From an uncultured Candidatus Saccharibacteria bacterium (lineage in GTDB: Bacteria > Patescibacteriota > Minisyncoccia > Phycocordibacterales > XYD1-FULL-46-19), in the NCBI GenBank assembly GCA_964570405.1, contig CAZMXZ010000001.1:1-29556 (forward strand): a stretch of DNA of 29,556 bases. Reading direction: 5' to 3'. This document shows positions 14,448-23,390 of this stretch, piece after piece (the first letter of the stretch is position 1; each line of letters starts with the position of its first letter). The position numbers were made by a program, and so were the translations under genes. The notes under the pieces were generated by a model. The model worked only from the letters and a program-made list of their open reading frames with translations. It searched no databases and was not told where the DNA came from.

Positions 14448-15418
14448 TTTATTTTTTGGTAGACGAGTTGGGAGAGATCACTGATAACCTTTTCCAACTG
14501 GTCAAAATTTTGACCCTGGGTCATCACGCACAAAAAGTAGGGATGGGCGGGGTAATAAATAATACCGCAATCATGGAGCTGATGTGAGATGACTTGGCCC
14601 TGCCCATCAATGCTGGTATGCTCGCCAAACTTGTGGGCCACGATCGTGCCTTTAGGCAAACTGGCCACCAAACCCTTGGTAAAGGTAGTGTAGGTCAGGA
14701 GTTGGAGAGCCTGCTCCGAGACGTTACGCGGCAGATAGGTTGAACTGTAGAGAATGCGAAAAATCGAGGAGTAGGTCCGGGGCGACATAAAGTCGGTGGT
14801 GGTAATGGTTGGCGGTGGTGCCAGTTCTAAGTCCTTAAAAACATTTACGAAACCTTGATGATTGTGATTGTAGAGGGTAGAGAGAGCGGCATTATCTGAC
14901 TCAATGATCATAGTCAAAATAAGATCATGGACCGAGTATGAGCCACTGGCCAGCGGATGCTCGGGCGGATAGTGCTGGCCCGGATCAAGCACGCGCTGGT
15001 AGGACAGGTGCTCACTTAAAATATTGGGATTAACCTCGGCCTCTTTGAGGTAGCCGATCATCATGGCCACCTTCATCATACTTGAGGGATCATAAAGCGC
15101 ATTCTCATTGACGCCGGTCCACTTGGCAGTATTAACATCACGAAAGTAAGCCGAAATGTCGCTGGCCTGATTTTTGCTAATGGCCTGATCAATGTAAGTG
15201 GCGATGGAATTTTTTAGTTGATCATACTCTGGCGCTTGGCGGGGTGAATCAACTAAGAGCAGGGGATTGATATAGTGGTAGTTTTCATCATTCTCTCTAA
15301 TCTCGATTAGGCGACCTGGTTGCCGGGCAGCGTAACTGATCCGAATAAACCAGCCAAGGGTGGCGCCTAGAAGGAGGGCAAGGCCAAGAGACCAATAAAA
15401 ACGACGGGGACTAATCAC
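14432..15418 (-). CDS. Serine hydrolase, class A beta-lactamase / PBP-like, membrane anchored
   Basis: SxxK (SMMK), SDN, K-x-G (HKFG), HDCGIIY-x-P-x2-PY-x-LCVMT; N-terminal TM. Confidence 0.88.
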   Translation of the reverse strand: MISPRRFYWSLGLALLLGATLGWFIRISYAARQPGRLIEIRENDENYHYINPLLLVDSPRQAPEYDQLKNSIATYIDQAISKNQASDISAYFRDVNTAKWTGVNENALYDPSSMMKVAMMIGYLKEAEVNPNILSEHLSYQRVLDPGQHYPPEHPLASGSYSVHDLILTMIIESDNAALSTLYNHNHQGFVNVFKDLELAPPPTITTTDFMSPRTYSSIFRILYSSTYLPRNVSEQALQLLTYTTFTKGLVASLPKGTIVAHKFGEHTSIDGQGQVISHQLHDCGIIYYPAHPYFLCVMTQGQNFDQLEKVISDLSQLVYQKINQSTI

Positions 15419-15473
15419 TCAAACATTTTACTATATTTGATTTATTGTTCAACTTATGATAGGGTTGTGGTCT

Positions 15474-15701
15474 ATGGCTCGCACTAATACCGATTTAAAA
15501 ATTAGCGAACGGCAGATCTCCCTAGCTGATTTTTTAGAGTCCTACAACAAAAATATGCCAGACAGCTTCCCGCGAGCCACCGTCGCCCTGCTCAAAGAAT
15601 TCCAGGCCGCTCATAGCTCTCTTTTTAAACATGGCAACTTGTGGTCGCTTGATCAACACCGCAAAAAATTAATGGATTGGCTGCCCCGCCAAGCCGCCTG
15701 A
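15474..15701 (+). CDS. Hypothetical protein (75 aa)
   Basis: Compact ORF ending WSLDQHRKKLMDWL. ATG 15474 lies 8 nt after TGATAGGGT. Confidence 0.7.
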   Translation: MARTNTDLKISERQISLADFLESYNKNMPDSFPRATVALLKEFQAAHSSLFKHGNLWSLDQHRKKLMDWLPRQAA

Positions 15702-15711
15702 GCACCGCTTC

Positions 15712-15750
15712 TTGACTTTTCTGCTTCATATGCTATAATGGCAGGCAGAA
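15712..15750 (+). promoter_or_regulatory. Near-consensus sigma-70 promoter of the 15785 gene
   Basis: TTGACT-16 bp-TATAAT with extended TG, then AGGCAGAA; AGGAGG SD downstream. Confidence 0.85.
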
Positions 15751-15784
15751 ATAGTGAGTTAAAATCTAGGTTAGGAGGAGTGCC

Positions 15785-16384
15785 GTGCTCGCTTGGCTCG
15801 TCACCTTCGCGCTTACCAGTTTAGTTTTCTTGGGCGGCTGGCTAGCCTACCAGGATCAAATGCTGACGGTTTTACAGATGAAACAAAAAGGCGTGACCCT
15901 TGGCCTGCCTTTCCTCGCTCATGGTGGAATGTGGGGTGATCTATTGATCATCAATATTCTACTGATGTTCATTGTCCCAAGGCATGGTAATAGTTGGTCA
16001 ACTCGATCAATTGTTATCGCCCTTATGATTGGGACAACCGTCAGTGTGATCATGCACTTTTCCTACCTCAACATAAAGTGGCCGGAAGCACATGTGCAAA
16101 ACGGACGTTTAACCCGAGCGGGCTGGGTCCACCTCGTCTATATGGCGGGGATAATGGGGGTATTGGTTCTGTTTTATTTTTACACGCCAAACCCCTCGCC
16201 TAGAATTGTTATTGCGACGTCGGCCCTACTTCTGGTCCATCTGGTTCTTGGCTTGCACTTCGTGCTCGGCTTGATCAAACCATCGTGGTATCCGGGGCGG
16301 CCACTCTCTGATCCGGCGACGTGGATCACCCTCGGCTCATCCAGCTTACTCTTGGCTTGGAGAACCTGGTACCTGATCCGCTAA
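15785..16384 (+). CDS. His-rich multi-TM hypothetical membrane protein
   Basis: 199 aa with about 6 hydrophobic segments; AGGAGG SD before GTG; terminator downstream. Confidence 0.8.
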   Translation: MLAWLVTFALTSLVFLGGWLAYQDQMLTVLQMKQKGVTLGLPFLAHGGMWGDLLIINILLMFIVPRHGNSWSTRSIVIALMIGTTVSVIMHFSYLNIKWPEAHVQNGRLTRAGWVHLVYMAGIMGVLVLFYFYTPNPSPRIVIATSALLLVHLVLGLHFVLGLIKPSWYPGRPLSDPATWITLGSSSLLLAWRTWYLIR

Positions 16385-16403
16385 CCAAGGTCACAAAATC
16401 ACT

Positions 16404-16438
16404 ATCGCTCGCGCCACCAGGCCGGGCGATTTTCTTTT
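16404..16438 (+). terminator. Intrinsic terminator of the 15785 gene
   Basis: ATCGCTC...GGGCGAT stem followed by TTTCTTTT. Confidence 0.65.
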
Positions 16439-16444
16439 ACCGCT

Positions 16445-17161
16445 CTATCGTATTACTTTATAGCCAAAGCGGCGCTTTATGGGGTGGGGGAGGAGAGCCA
16501 CCAATGTCCAATGGGTAAAAACCTTGAGCCAGCCCTCTTTAACAAAACGACGAGTGGAGGTGGCAACAAGAGTGGTGGGCCAAAAAAAGAATTGACCATA
16601 CCCCCTGGCTTGATTGATCAATTTTAAATCTTCCCCCATCCTCAAGCTCTCATCAAAATTGATTTGATCCAAAACGTCTTGCCTAATAATTTGTAAAGCG
16701 TAAGACGTTTTGGTTAAACGATGGCCAAGATCATAAAAAGCAAACCAAAACTTAGCCGTCAGACTAACCGATAGCGGCAAGATCGTGGTCGTGCCGACCA
16801 CAAAATTTTTGGTCACGTGATTTTGTAAATAAATGTTTAGATCGGCTAAGAAGTCTGGCTGCAAAATGGTGTCGGCATCCAAAAAGACTATCCACTGACT
16901 ATGCGGGCCTATTTTTTGGCGTCCCAAGTTTTTGGCCGCCGAGACGCTGGCGACTGGGCTGGTCAAAACCGTCAGATTAGTTTGAGCCAAAGCTTTGGCC
17001 ACCTCATAAGTTTGATCATTACTACCATTCTCGACCACTATCACCTCAAACCTGTCGGGGGGATAATTTTGGGCCAGCAGGTGTTTGAGGGTGTTGGCCA
17101 AATAATGTTCCTCATTGTGAGCCGGAATGATTAAGGAAAAAAAATAGGGCGGGGGAGACAT
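16445..17161 (-). CDS. Glycosyltransferase family 2
   Basis: SLIIPAHNEE, EVIVVENGSND, FLDAD (DxD), GED. Confidence 0.92.
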   Translation of the reverse strand: MSPPPYFFSLIIPAHNEEHYLANTLKHLLAQNYPPDRFEVIVVENGSNDQTYEVAKALAQTNLTVLTSPVASVSAAKNLGRQKIGPHSQWIVFLDADTILQPDFLADLNIYLQNHVTKNFVVGTTTILPLSVSLTAKFWFAFYDLGHRLTKTSYALQIIRQDVLDQINFDESLRMGEDLKLINQARGYGQFFFWPTTLVATSTRRFVKEGWLKVFTHWTLVALLPHPIKRRFGYKVIR

Positions 17162-17165
17162 AATT

Positions 17166-17756
17166 TTAAGCTATAATTTTGCGCTGGAGCTGCCGTATCA
17201 ATCGGATGATTCCCAGTAAAAGGATAACAACTACTATTACCAAAAATGCTTTACCGATCACCGAATTGATAGTCACATAAAGGTTGCCAAAAGAGTAGCC
17301 AATGGCGATCAGCAGGCCTGACCAAATCAGTTGGCCCATAAAGTTGATGGCGAGATAACGGCGAAAGGGGATGTGCGAGAGACCAGCGGTGAAGAGGATG
17401 GCCAAGGCCAGGCCAAGCCCGTTGGTGGTTTTGGAAAAAAATAAAATCTTTTCGTGGTGACGATGAAAAATCTCTTTGACTTTGTTTATATGTTTCTCTG
17501 TTAAGTCAAAATATTGACCAAACCGCGCCACAAAACGGTGGCCCCACCAGTAGCCAATGGTGTACCAACCGACGTCGCCAATTAGATCGCCCAACATTAA
17601 AGAGAAGTAAAGCGGCCAAAAATGGAAATAGCCGGCAAAAAGGAGAGCGCCAGAAGTGAGTGAGAGAAAGGGTCCCTCAATAATCGCTAGAACCACGATA
17701 ATTAAATAAATCGTCAGAGGATGGAGAGTGACGAGCTGGATCAGATAGGCCGTCAT
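17166..17756 (-). CDS. DedA family membrane protein
   Basis: IIEGP, GDLIGDVGWYTIG, LFFSK, AGLSHIPFRRY, GQLIWSG. Confidence 0.9.
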   Translation of the reverse strand: MTAYLIQLVTLHPLTIYLIIVVLAIIEGPFLSLTSGALLFAGYFHFWPLYFSLMLGDLIGDVGWYTIGYWWGHRFVARFGQYFDLTEKHINKVKEIFHRHHEKILFFSKTTNGLGLALAILFTAGLSHIPFRRYLAINFMGQLIWSGLLIAIGYSFGNLYVTINSVIGKAFLVIVVVILLLGIIRLIRQLQRKIIA

Positions 17757-17759
17757 AAC

Positions 17760-18407
17760 TTAAGTTTGACTAAACAGTTTATGATCACGAGGGAAGAGCC
17801 AAATGGCTAGATGGGCAATGGCGTAGGTAATAAAGAAGGCCGAGAGCACATCAATCGAGTAATGATAATGGCCAAGCAAGACCACCACGGCAAAGAGGAC
17901 CGACGCGGCCAAAAAAAAGTAACGCAATGGTCGCTCGGGCCAAAAAATAATGGCCAGTAAAAATGGTAAACCAGTATGGCCGGAAAAAAATAAGTCCCCG
18001 CCAAAAGTAAACCAATGGATCAAACGATTGGGGGCCATCACCGCCTGGTTGGGGAAGGGGGCAATGTGCGTCAAAATGATAAAGAGTGAGCGGACTAAAA
18101 CAAACAAGGCAATAGCCTTAAGTGTAAATGGTAACTTGGTGGGGTGATAAATGATCCAGGCCGTGACAAAAATCCAAAAGACAATAAAACCGTAAATAAA
18201 GATCATATCCACATCCAGAGCGGGAATATTGTCTAAAATGATATCGGTCACCGAGTTGCTGACGTTTCTGGTGGCAAACTGACCAGCGGCTTGATTAATA
18301 AAAAAGCTGCCAATCAAAAGGAGGATCGATAAACCGGCCGACAGGAGCCAGGCTCGGTCGGTAAAATAAGGTTTATATTTGTTGACGACCTTATCCATAT
18401 TAATCAA
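17760..18407 (-). CDS. Sphingomyelin-synthase-like / PAP2 superfamily membrane phosphotransferase
   Basis: GDLFFSGHT and HYHYSIDV catalytic-type motifs; about 6 TM. The start may be the ATG at 18398. Confidence 0.85.
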   Translation of the reverse strand: MINMDKVVNKYKPYFTDRAWLLSAGLSILLLIGSFFINQAAGQFATRNVSNSVTDIILDNIPALDVDMIFIYGFIVFWIFVTAWIIYHPTKLPFTLKAIALFVLVRSLFIILTHIAPFPNQAVMAPNRLIHWFTFGGDLFFSGHTGLPFLLAIIFWPERPLRYFFLAASVLFAVVVLLGHYHYSIDVLSAFFITYAIAHLAIWLFPRDHKLFSQT

Positions 18408-18450
18408 GGCTAGTTTACCATACTTGTGTTAACCTTAAAGGGTAAAAATT

Positions 18451-19140
18451 ATGAAAATTTCGGTCGTTATTCCAGCCCTTAATGAGGCCAAGCATATTGG
18501 GGCCGCCCTGACGACCCTCCAGGCCCAGACCTACTCTGACTATGAGGTTATTGTGGTTGATAATGGTAGTAATGATGGCACCAGTGAGGTGGCCAAACAA
18601 TTTGCTGTTAAGGTAGTAACGGAATCAAGGCGGGGACTACTTTGGGCCCGGGAGGCCGGTCGGCAAGCCGCCCAGGGCGAGATCATTGCTAACCTTGATG
18701 CCGATTGCTTGCCACCACCGGATTGGCTAAGTCGGGGAACAAAATTTTTTACTGACTCAAAGGTGGTGGCGGTGACGGGACCCTATGATTATTATGATGG
18801 GGGAAATTTTTTTCGCTCGCTCTCACTTTGGAGTCAAAAATATATTTATCTGGCCGCTAATAACTGGCTCCAAAAATTTGGTTGGGGAGCCGTTTTAATT
18901 GGGGGGAACAATTTTATTCGAGCCCAGGCCTTAAACCAAGTTGGTGGCTACAATACCACTCTTACTTTTTATGGTGAGGATACCGATACGGCCAAGCGGG
19001 TGGCCACGGTAGGGCAAATTATTTTTAGTCGTAATTTGATCCAGCCCACCTCCGCTCGCCGTTTTAAGACCGAAGGCATTTGGCGGTTGACCCTCCGTTA
19101 CTTGTATCACTTTTTTAAGGTAATATTTAGTAATGCTTGA
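18451..19140 (+). CDS. Glycosyltransferase family 2
   Basis: ISVVIPALNE, VVDNGSNDGT, LDADC, GGN, GEDTD, TSARRF. Confidence 0.93.
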   Translation: MKISVVIPALNEAKHIGAALTTLQAQTYSDYEVIVVDNGSNDGTSEVAKQFAVKVVTESRRGLLWAREAGRQAAQGEIIANLDADCLPPPDWLSRGTKFFTDSKVVAVTGPYDYYDGGNFFRSLSLWSQKYIYLAANNWLQKFGWGAVLIGGNNFIRAQALNQVGGYNTTLTFYGEDTDTAKRVATVGQIIFSRNLIQPTSARRFKTEGIWRLTLRYLYHFFKVIFSNA

Positions 19141-20026
19141 GTCATTAACAAAATGGTGGGCCAAAGATAATTCTCGTTTGGTGGCCAGTCTTTTTTTGCT
19201 CTTACTGGCTAGTACCGCTTGGGGGCAGTGGCAAGCTCATCAGCAAGGGCAAAATTTGCAGGCTACTGATAGTCGCTTAGCCTCGACGACGACGGAGCTG
19301 GTCCGGCTGGAGGGGGCGTTGAGCCAGTTGGCCAGCCAAAATACTAGTCTGGGTCAAAGTTTGCAAGAGCAGAGTGCGGCCTTTAGTGAGCAGTTTAGTA
19401 AAGTCTCAGACACGGTGGGGACGCTCGACAAACTTAGCAAAACCGATCCGGAGCTTTTGCAAAAATATTCTAAAGTTTATTTTTTAAACGAGCACTATGT
19501 GCCGGCCAGTCTGACCAATATTGATAGTGCTTATCTGTTTGATAAAAACAAGCCGCTTCAGATCCTTACAGCCGTCGCCCCCTTTTTACAAAAATTATTG
19601 GTGGCCAGCCAAAGTGCCGGTCTTAAACTCCAAATCATTTCCGCCTACCGCTCCTTTGGTGAGCAGTCCAGTTTGAAGGGGAGTTACAAAATTCTTTATG
19701 GGGTCGGAACGGCCAATCAATTTTCGGCCGATCAGGGTTACTCCGAGCACCAATTAGGGACGGCCGTAGACTTTACTAACCCGACGGTGGCCGATAGTTT
19801 TAGCGGTTTTGCCCAAAGTCCAGAGTATAAGTGGCTGACCGATAATGCCTACCGCTATGGTTTTGTTCTTTCCTACCCCGCTGGTAATCGTTACTATACC
19901 TTTGAGCCTTGGCATTGGCGCTTTGTGGGCGTTGACTTAGCCACCCGCCTCCACCGTGATGGTGAATATTTTTACAACCTCGATCAGCGGACGATCGATG
20001 GTTACCTATCAGTTATCTTTGATTAG
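19133..20026 (+). CDS. M15 family (VanY-like) D-Ala-D-Ala carboxypeptidase with N-terminal TM and coiled coil
   Basis: SAYRS, SEHQLGTAVDF, EPWHWRFVG. Confidence 0.92.
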   Translation: MLESLTKWWAKDNSRLVASLFLLLLASTAWGQWQAHQQGQNLQATDSRLASTTTELVRLEGALSQLASQNTSLGQSLQEQSAAFSEQFSKVSDTVGTLDKLSKTDPELLQKYSKVYFLNEHYVPASLTNIDSAYLFDKNKPLQILTAVAPFLQKLLVASQSAGLKLQIISAYRSFGEQSSLKGSYKILYGVGTANQFSADQGYSEHQLGTAVDFTNPTVADSFSGFAQSPEYKWLTDNAYRYGFVLSYPAGNRYYTFEPWHWRFVGVDLATRLHRDGEYFYNLDQRTIDGYLSVIFD

Positions 20027-20027
20027 T

Positions 20028-20795
20028 TTAGTAGGTAGGAACAAGACCCTTGGCTTTGACTGGCACGTTGACTGAGGCGCCACCGGTCGAGGTTGCCATA
20101 ACTTTGATTTCCCCGTTATCAATTTCGAGTTTGGTCTCTGGTTTGATCTGGAAGTTTTCCTTAACTTGACCATCAATATCCATCCCGGCCGAGTGACTAG
20201 CCTCGGACTTCCCGCCGTGGACCATCACATGGTTGTTGCTGTCCACGTCAATTGTGGCGTTGCTCTTGCTATCAACTTTGACCACTGGAGCAAAAATGTA
20301 AAGACCATTACCGGTTAAGTGGAGTGAAGCGTCAGCTAAGAAATCTAGGTTAACACTGGTTTGCCCGGTCTCGGTGACGACGACTGGACCATTAAGCTGC
20401 AATTCGCCCGAGGGGACTTTGGCTTCAGTCGTGCTGCCGTTTTTAGTAGTGACGGTCACACTGCTTACCATTAGTCGGATTTGATCATAAGTGCCAATGG
20501 GCAAGGTTGTGCTGGCTAAGAGGGAGGCCTGACCGCCGGCCTTGAGAGCTAAGAGATCAAAAGTCTGCGTGGCGGTGGAAATGGTCGTCCAACCGGTTGA
20601 GGTACTGTGGAGGGCCAAACCATCGAGGGAAAGATTAATAGCGCTAATATTACTTAAGTTAGTAGCAGCATCAATGATAGAAAAGACCACCTGGCCCTGA
20701 GGTCCAGCCACTGGGGTCGAACCGCCATGGTAAAAAAAGTAACCTAAACCAGCAATAATAATGATCGCGAGCACGATAATAGTTGTTTTTTTCAT
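20028..20795 (-). CDS. DUF4382-like membrane-anchored extracytoplasmic protein
   Basis: N-terminal TM; FDLL-x-L, G-x-YDQIRL, KVPSGEL, LDF-x-ADASL...Y-x-FAPVV. Confidence 0.72.
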   Translation of the reverse strand: MKKTTIIVLAIIIIAGLGYFFYHGGSTPVAGPQGQVVFSIIDAATNLSNISAINLSLDGLALHSTSTGWTTISTATQTFDLLALKAGGQASLLASTTLPIGTYDQIRLMVSSVTVTTKNGSTTEAKVPSGELQLNGPVVVTETGQTSVNLDFLADASLHLTGNGLYIFAPVVKVDSKSNATIDVDSNNHVMVHGGKSEASHSAGMDIDGQVKENFQIKPETKLEIDNGEIKVMATSTGGASVNVPVKAKGLVPTY

Positions 20796-20894
20796 ATACG
20801 TTTAGGATAAATTATTATGTTTAATTGTTAAAGCTCTTTATCCACAGGCTTAAAATCAGCTTGACAGATAATGGAGGATTGTTAAAATTAAGCA

Positions 20895-21671
20895 ATGAAA
20901 AAATTATCCGTTTTTGTTACTTTTATTTTGGTTGGAACTTTATTTTTAAATATTGGTTTGGTCCAAGCCAAGCCATCTGACCAAGACCTGCCCGAGGAGG
21001 CGGGGACATACGATGTGTCCGGCCACCCCGAGCTTAAGCTCCGGGTCTTTGTTCATCACGAACCGAGCCGGCCAGATTTTAATCCCAGTACTCTAGCTTG
21101 TAATTTGGCCGATCCAGACTCTACTACCGTTGATAACGCCACTGGTTGGCATTTATCATCAACCACTGTTTATCATTTGAATACCAGCTCGGTACCTTCG
21201 GGCGTTGGTTCAAGTAATTTGTCAACGATTGTAAACGCCGCCTTTGGTCAGTGGACAGGAGCCAGTGGCGGGTTGATCAGTTTTAGCGCTGGGGCGCCAA
21301 CGACTATCGATCGAGCGGCCAATGATGGCCAGAACATTATTGCCTGGGGACGGACCTCTGGCACCGCCTTGGCCGTCACTTATACTTGGTACAACACTCA
21401 AACCGGTGAAGTCACCAATGTTGACACGATCCTGAACAAAAAATTTAGTTGGACCTGGACAGCCTACTCGGCTAGCGCCTGTGTTAATACGGCTACCTAT
21501 GATGCCGAAGATATTTTGACGCACGAGCTTGGCCACTGGACCGGTCTTGATGATCACTATAGCGCTGACTACATCAACAACACGATGTATGGTTATGGCG
21601 CCAAAGGCGAAATTAAAAAAGATACGATCACGACCGGTGATAGTCTTGGCCTGCAAGCGATTTACCATTAA
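20895..21671 (+). CDS. Secreted matrixin-like (metzincin) metalloprotease
   Basis: Signal peptide; DGQN-x-I-x-W; HELGHWTGLDD zinc motif; TMYG Met-turn. Confidence 0.88.
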   Translation: MKKLSVFVTFILVGTLFLNIGLVQAKPSDQDLPEEAGTYDVSGHPELKLRVFVHHEPSRPDFNPSTLACNLADPDSTTVDNATGWHLSSTTVYHLNTSSVPSGVGSSNLSTIVNAAFGQWTGASGGLISFSAGAPTTIDRAANDGQNIIAWGRTSGTALAVTYTWYNTQTGEVTNVDTILNKKFSWTWTAYSASACVNTATYDAEDILTHELGHWTGLDDHYSADYINNTMYGYGAKGEIKKDTITTGDSLGLQAIYH

Positions 21672-21700
21672 TTATTAATCAGTAACTAGGTAGATTATTT

Positions 21701-21859
21701 ATGGACGATGTAAAAATGTGCAGCGGTTGCGGTATTCCTCTTGATGAGAAGACCAGTTGTGAGAAGGATATGGATAAATGCGTTTGCTGCTGCTCCTGCG
21801 ATCCGGGTTGCGCTGGCATGTGCCACGACAAACGGGCCGAGATGCACCAAGAAGCTTAA
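21701..21859 (+). CDS. 52-aa Cys-rich metallothionein-like peptide (absent from the ORF track)
   Basis: MDDVKMCSGCGIPLDEKTSCEKDMDKCVCCCSCDPGCAGMCHDKRAEMHQEA has 10 Cys and 2 His. It fills the gap between the matrixin gene and the terminator. Confidence 0.75.
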   Translation: MDDVKMCSGCGIPLDEKTSCEKDMDKCVCCCSCDPGCAGMCHDKRAEMHQEA

Positions 21860-21878
21860 ATAAAATTAGGCCCAAACC

Positions 21879-21915
21879 AAAATCCCTCCGCTTGAGCCAC
21901 GGCGGAGGGATTTTT
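21879..21915. terminator. Bidirectional intrinsic terminator
   Basis: AAAATCCCTCCGC...GCGGAGGGATTTT between convergent genes. Confidence 0.88.
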
Positions 21916-21935
21916 GGTCCTAACCAAACCCTAGC

Positions 21936-22964
21936 TTACAGAGCGTGAGTGGTGAAGGTGCCAGTGCTGGTTAGACTGGCATTGCCAGCCGCATCACGAC
22001 TGATGATGGCGTAGTGGTAAGTCGTGCTGGCCGTCAGATTAGGCACCGTGAGCAAGTGGAAGAAGGTGAAGCTGGTGCTACTAGCGGCGGCTGATCCGCT
22101 GGTATCCACCGGCGTGGTGGTACTAACCCAAACTCGGGCGTCGGCCTTCTCATCCGTGACGACGGCCAAATCTGTTGAAGTGGCCTTGAGGCCAACCGTC
22201 GAGACAAAGATAATCTGGGGCGGAGTAACATCCGGAGCAGTAATCGGAGCCGTGTGGAAGGAGAGGACGGCTGACTCAGTGGTGTTACCACTGCCATTAC
22301 TGATCACTAACTGGTAGTAGTAAGTGGTATCGGCGGTTAAACCAGTCAAAGTTGAGTGATGGTAAAAGGCCAAAGTGCCGTTACTTAGACTGCTGGAAGT
22401 AGCCGACAAGTCGCTACTCGTACCATAGCGAATGGTCGTGGTCGTCATCTCATTGGTTAGCCAATTGATGGTGACGCTACTCGTACCAACATTAGTGACA
22501 TTAACGAAGACAATCCGCGGGGCAATGGTGCCCGGCGTACTCGTACCGTGTCGTGGGGTAGACGTCCCGTGATGGTTAAAGAGGTTGAGGATCAAACCAA
22601 AAGGTAGACCCTTGCCTCTCTCAATCCGCTTGGTTATGCCCGGGGCATGGCGGATGCCAGGCGGCAAGCGATCATCATTTTGATCAATACTAGTAGTGGC
22701 ACTGGTACTAGCCTTGATCTGGGTATGGATCTCAATTTCTCCCTCATTATCCACCTCATGATCGACATTTTTGTCTGGTTGATCAATCTTAGCCGACAAG
22801 TTGGCCCCTAAACTGGCGGCGCTAGCGGTTGAAGTCATAACGACCAAAAGAGCCATTACTGACCAAACCGCTAGTTTATACATCGTTTTCATGTTGATTT
22901 GTCTAGCTAATAAATAATAAATGCGACCTTTCCTCTGCTCTGGAAGACGATTAAAAATAAGCAA
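21936..22964 (-). CDS. Secreted protein with two FN3-like repeats
   Basis: Hydrophobic signal segment; W-x-TNE...RYGT...H-x-STLTGLTADTTYYY and a second LTASTTYHY repeat. The start may be a downstream ATG. Confidence 0.8.
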   Translation of the reverse strand: MLIFNRLPEQRKGRIYYLLARQINMKTMYKLAVWSVMALLVVMTSTASAASLGANLSAKIDQPDKNVDHEVDNEGEIEIHTQIKASTSATTSIDQNDDRLPPGIRHAPGITKRIERGKGLPFGLILNLFNHHGTSTPRHGTSTPGTIAPRIVFVNVTNVGTSSVTINWLTNEMTTTTIRYGTSSDLSATSSSLSNGTLAFYHHSTLTGLTADTTYYYQLVISNGSGNTTESAVLSFHTAPITAPDVTPPQIIFVSTVGLKATSTDLAVVTDEKADARVWVSTTTPVDTSGSAAASSTSFTFFHLLTVPNLTASTTYHYAIISRDAAGNASLTSTGTFTTHAL

Positions 22965-23045
22965 TATTACCGTAAGAAATTTAAGTTTTGATCGTCAGCC
23001 AAAATGCAAAGGTCGGCTTTATTAGTGCTGATTGCAAAAATAAAT

Positions 23046-23342
23046 ATGCCGAACAAATATTTAACTCTTAGTGCCAAGATCGGGGCGATCTTAATCGGAT
23101 CGTTCTTGACTCTTTCGCTGGCTCTAGCCGCTCCTAATCCCTCCGGTACCGGTCAACCGGGAGCCGGGTGTGGTAGTGAGGGAGCGACGATGATGCCCCA
23201 AGGCTTTAGCAGTGGTGGCTTTGCCACCGCCGAGGAGCGCTATGCGGGGAGCGATGGAACGGCGTCGCTGGCGCATGCGGGTAGCGATCAGGCCGTCTCG
23301 CAGTATGATGTGGCCTGCTACCAAGTGACGTCCAACCACTAG
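23046..23342 (+). CDS. Small secreted protein with two Cys
   Basis: Signal peptide ending ALA; PNPSGTGQP-x3-C ... SQYDVACYQ. Confidence 0.75.
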   Translation: MPNKYLTLSAKIGAILIGSFLTLSLALAAPNPSGTGQPGAGCGSEGATMMPQGFSSGGFATAEERYAGSDGTASLAHAGSDQAVSQYDVACYQVTSNH

Positions 23343-23352
23343 CCGACCAGGA

Positions 23353-23390
23353 AAAATCAAACGCTCAAAATTGAGCGTTTGATTTTGTTT
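23353..23390. terminator. Bidirectional terminator overlapping the msrA stop
   Basis: 16-bp perfect inverted repeat AAAATCAAACGCTCAA/TTGAGCGTTTGATTTT. Confidence 0.85.

Noticed and set aside
21222-21668. 148-aa minus-strand ORF
   Set aside because: Antisense shadow of the matrixin gene.
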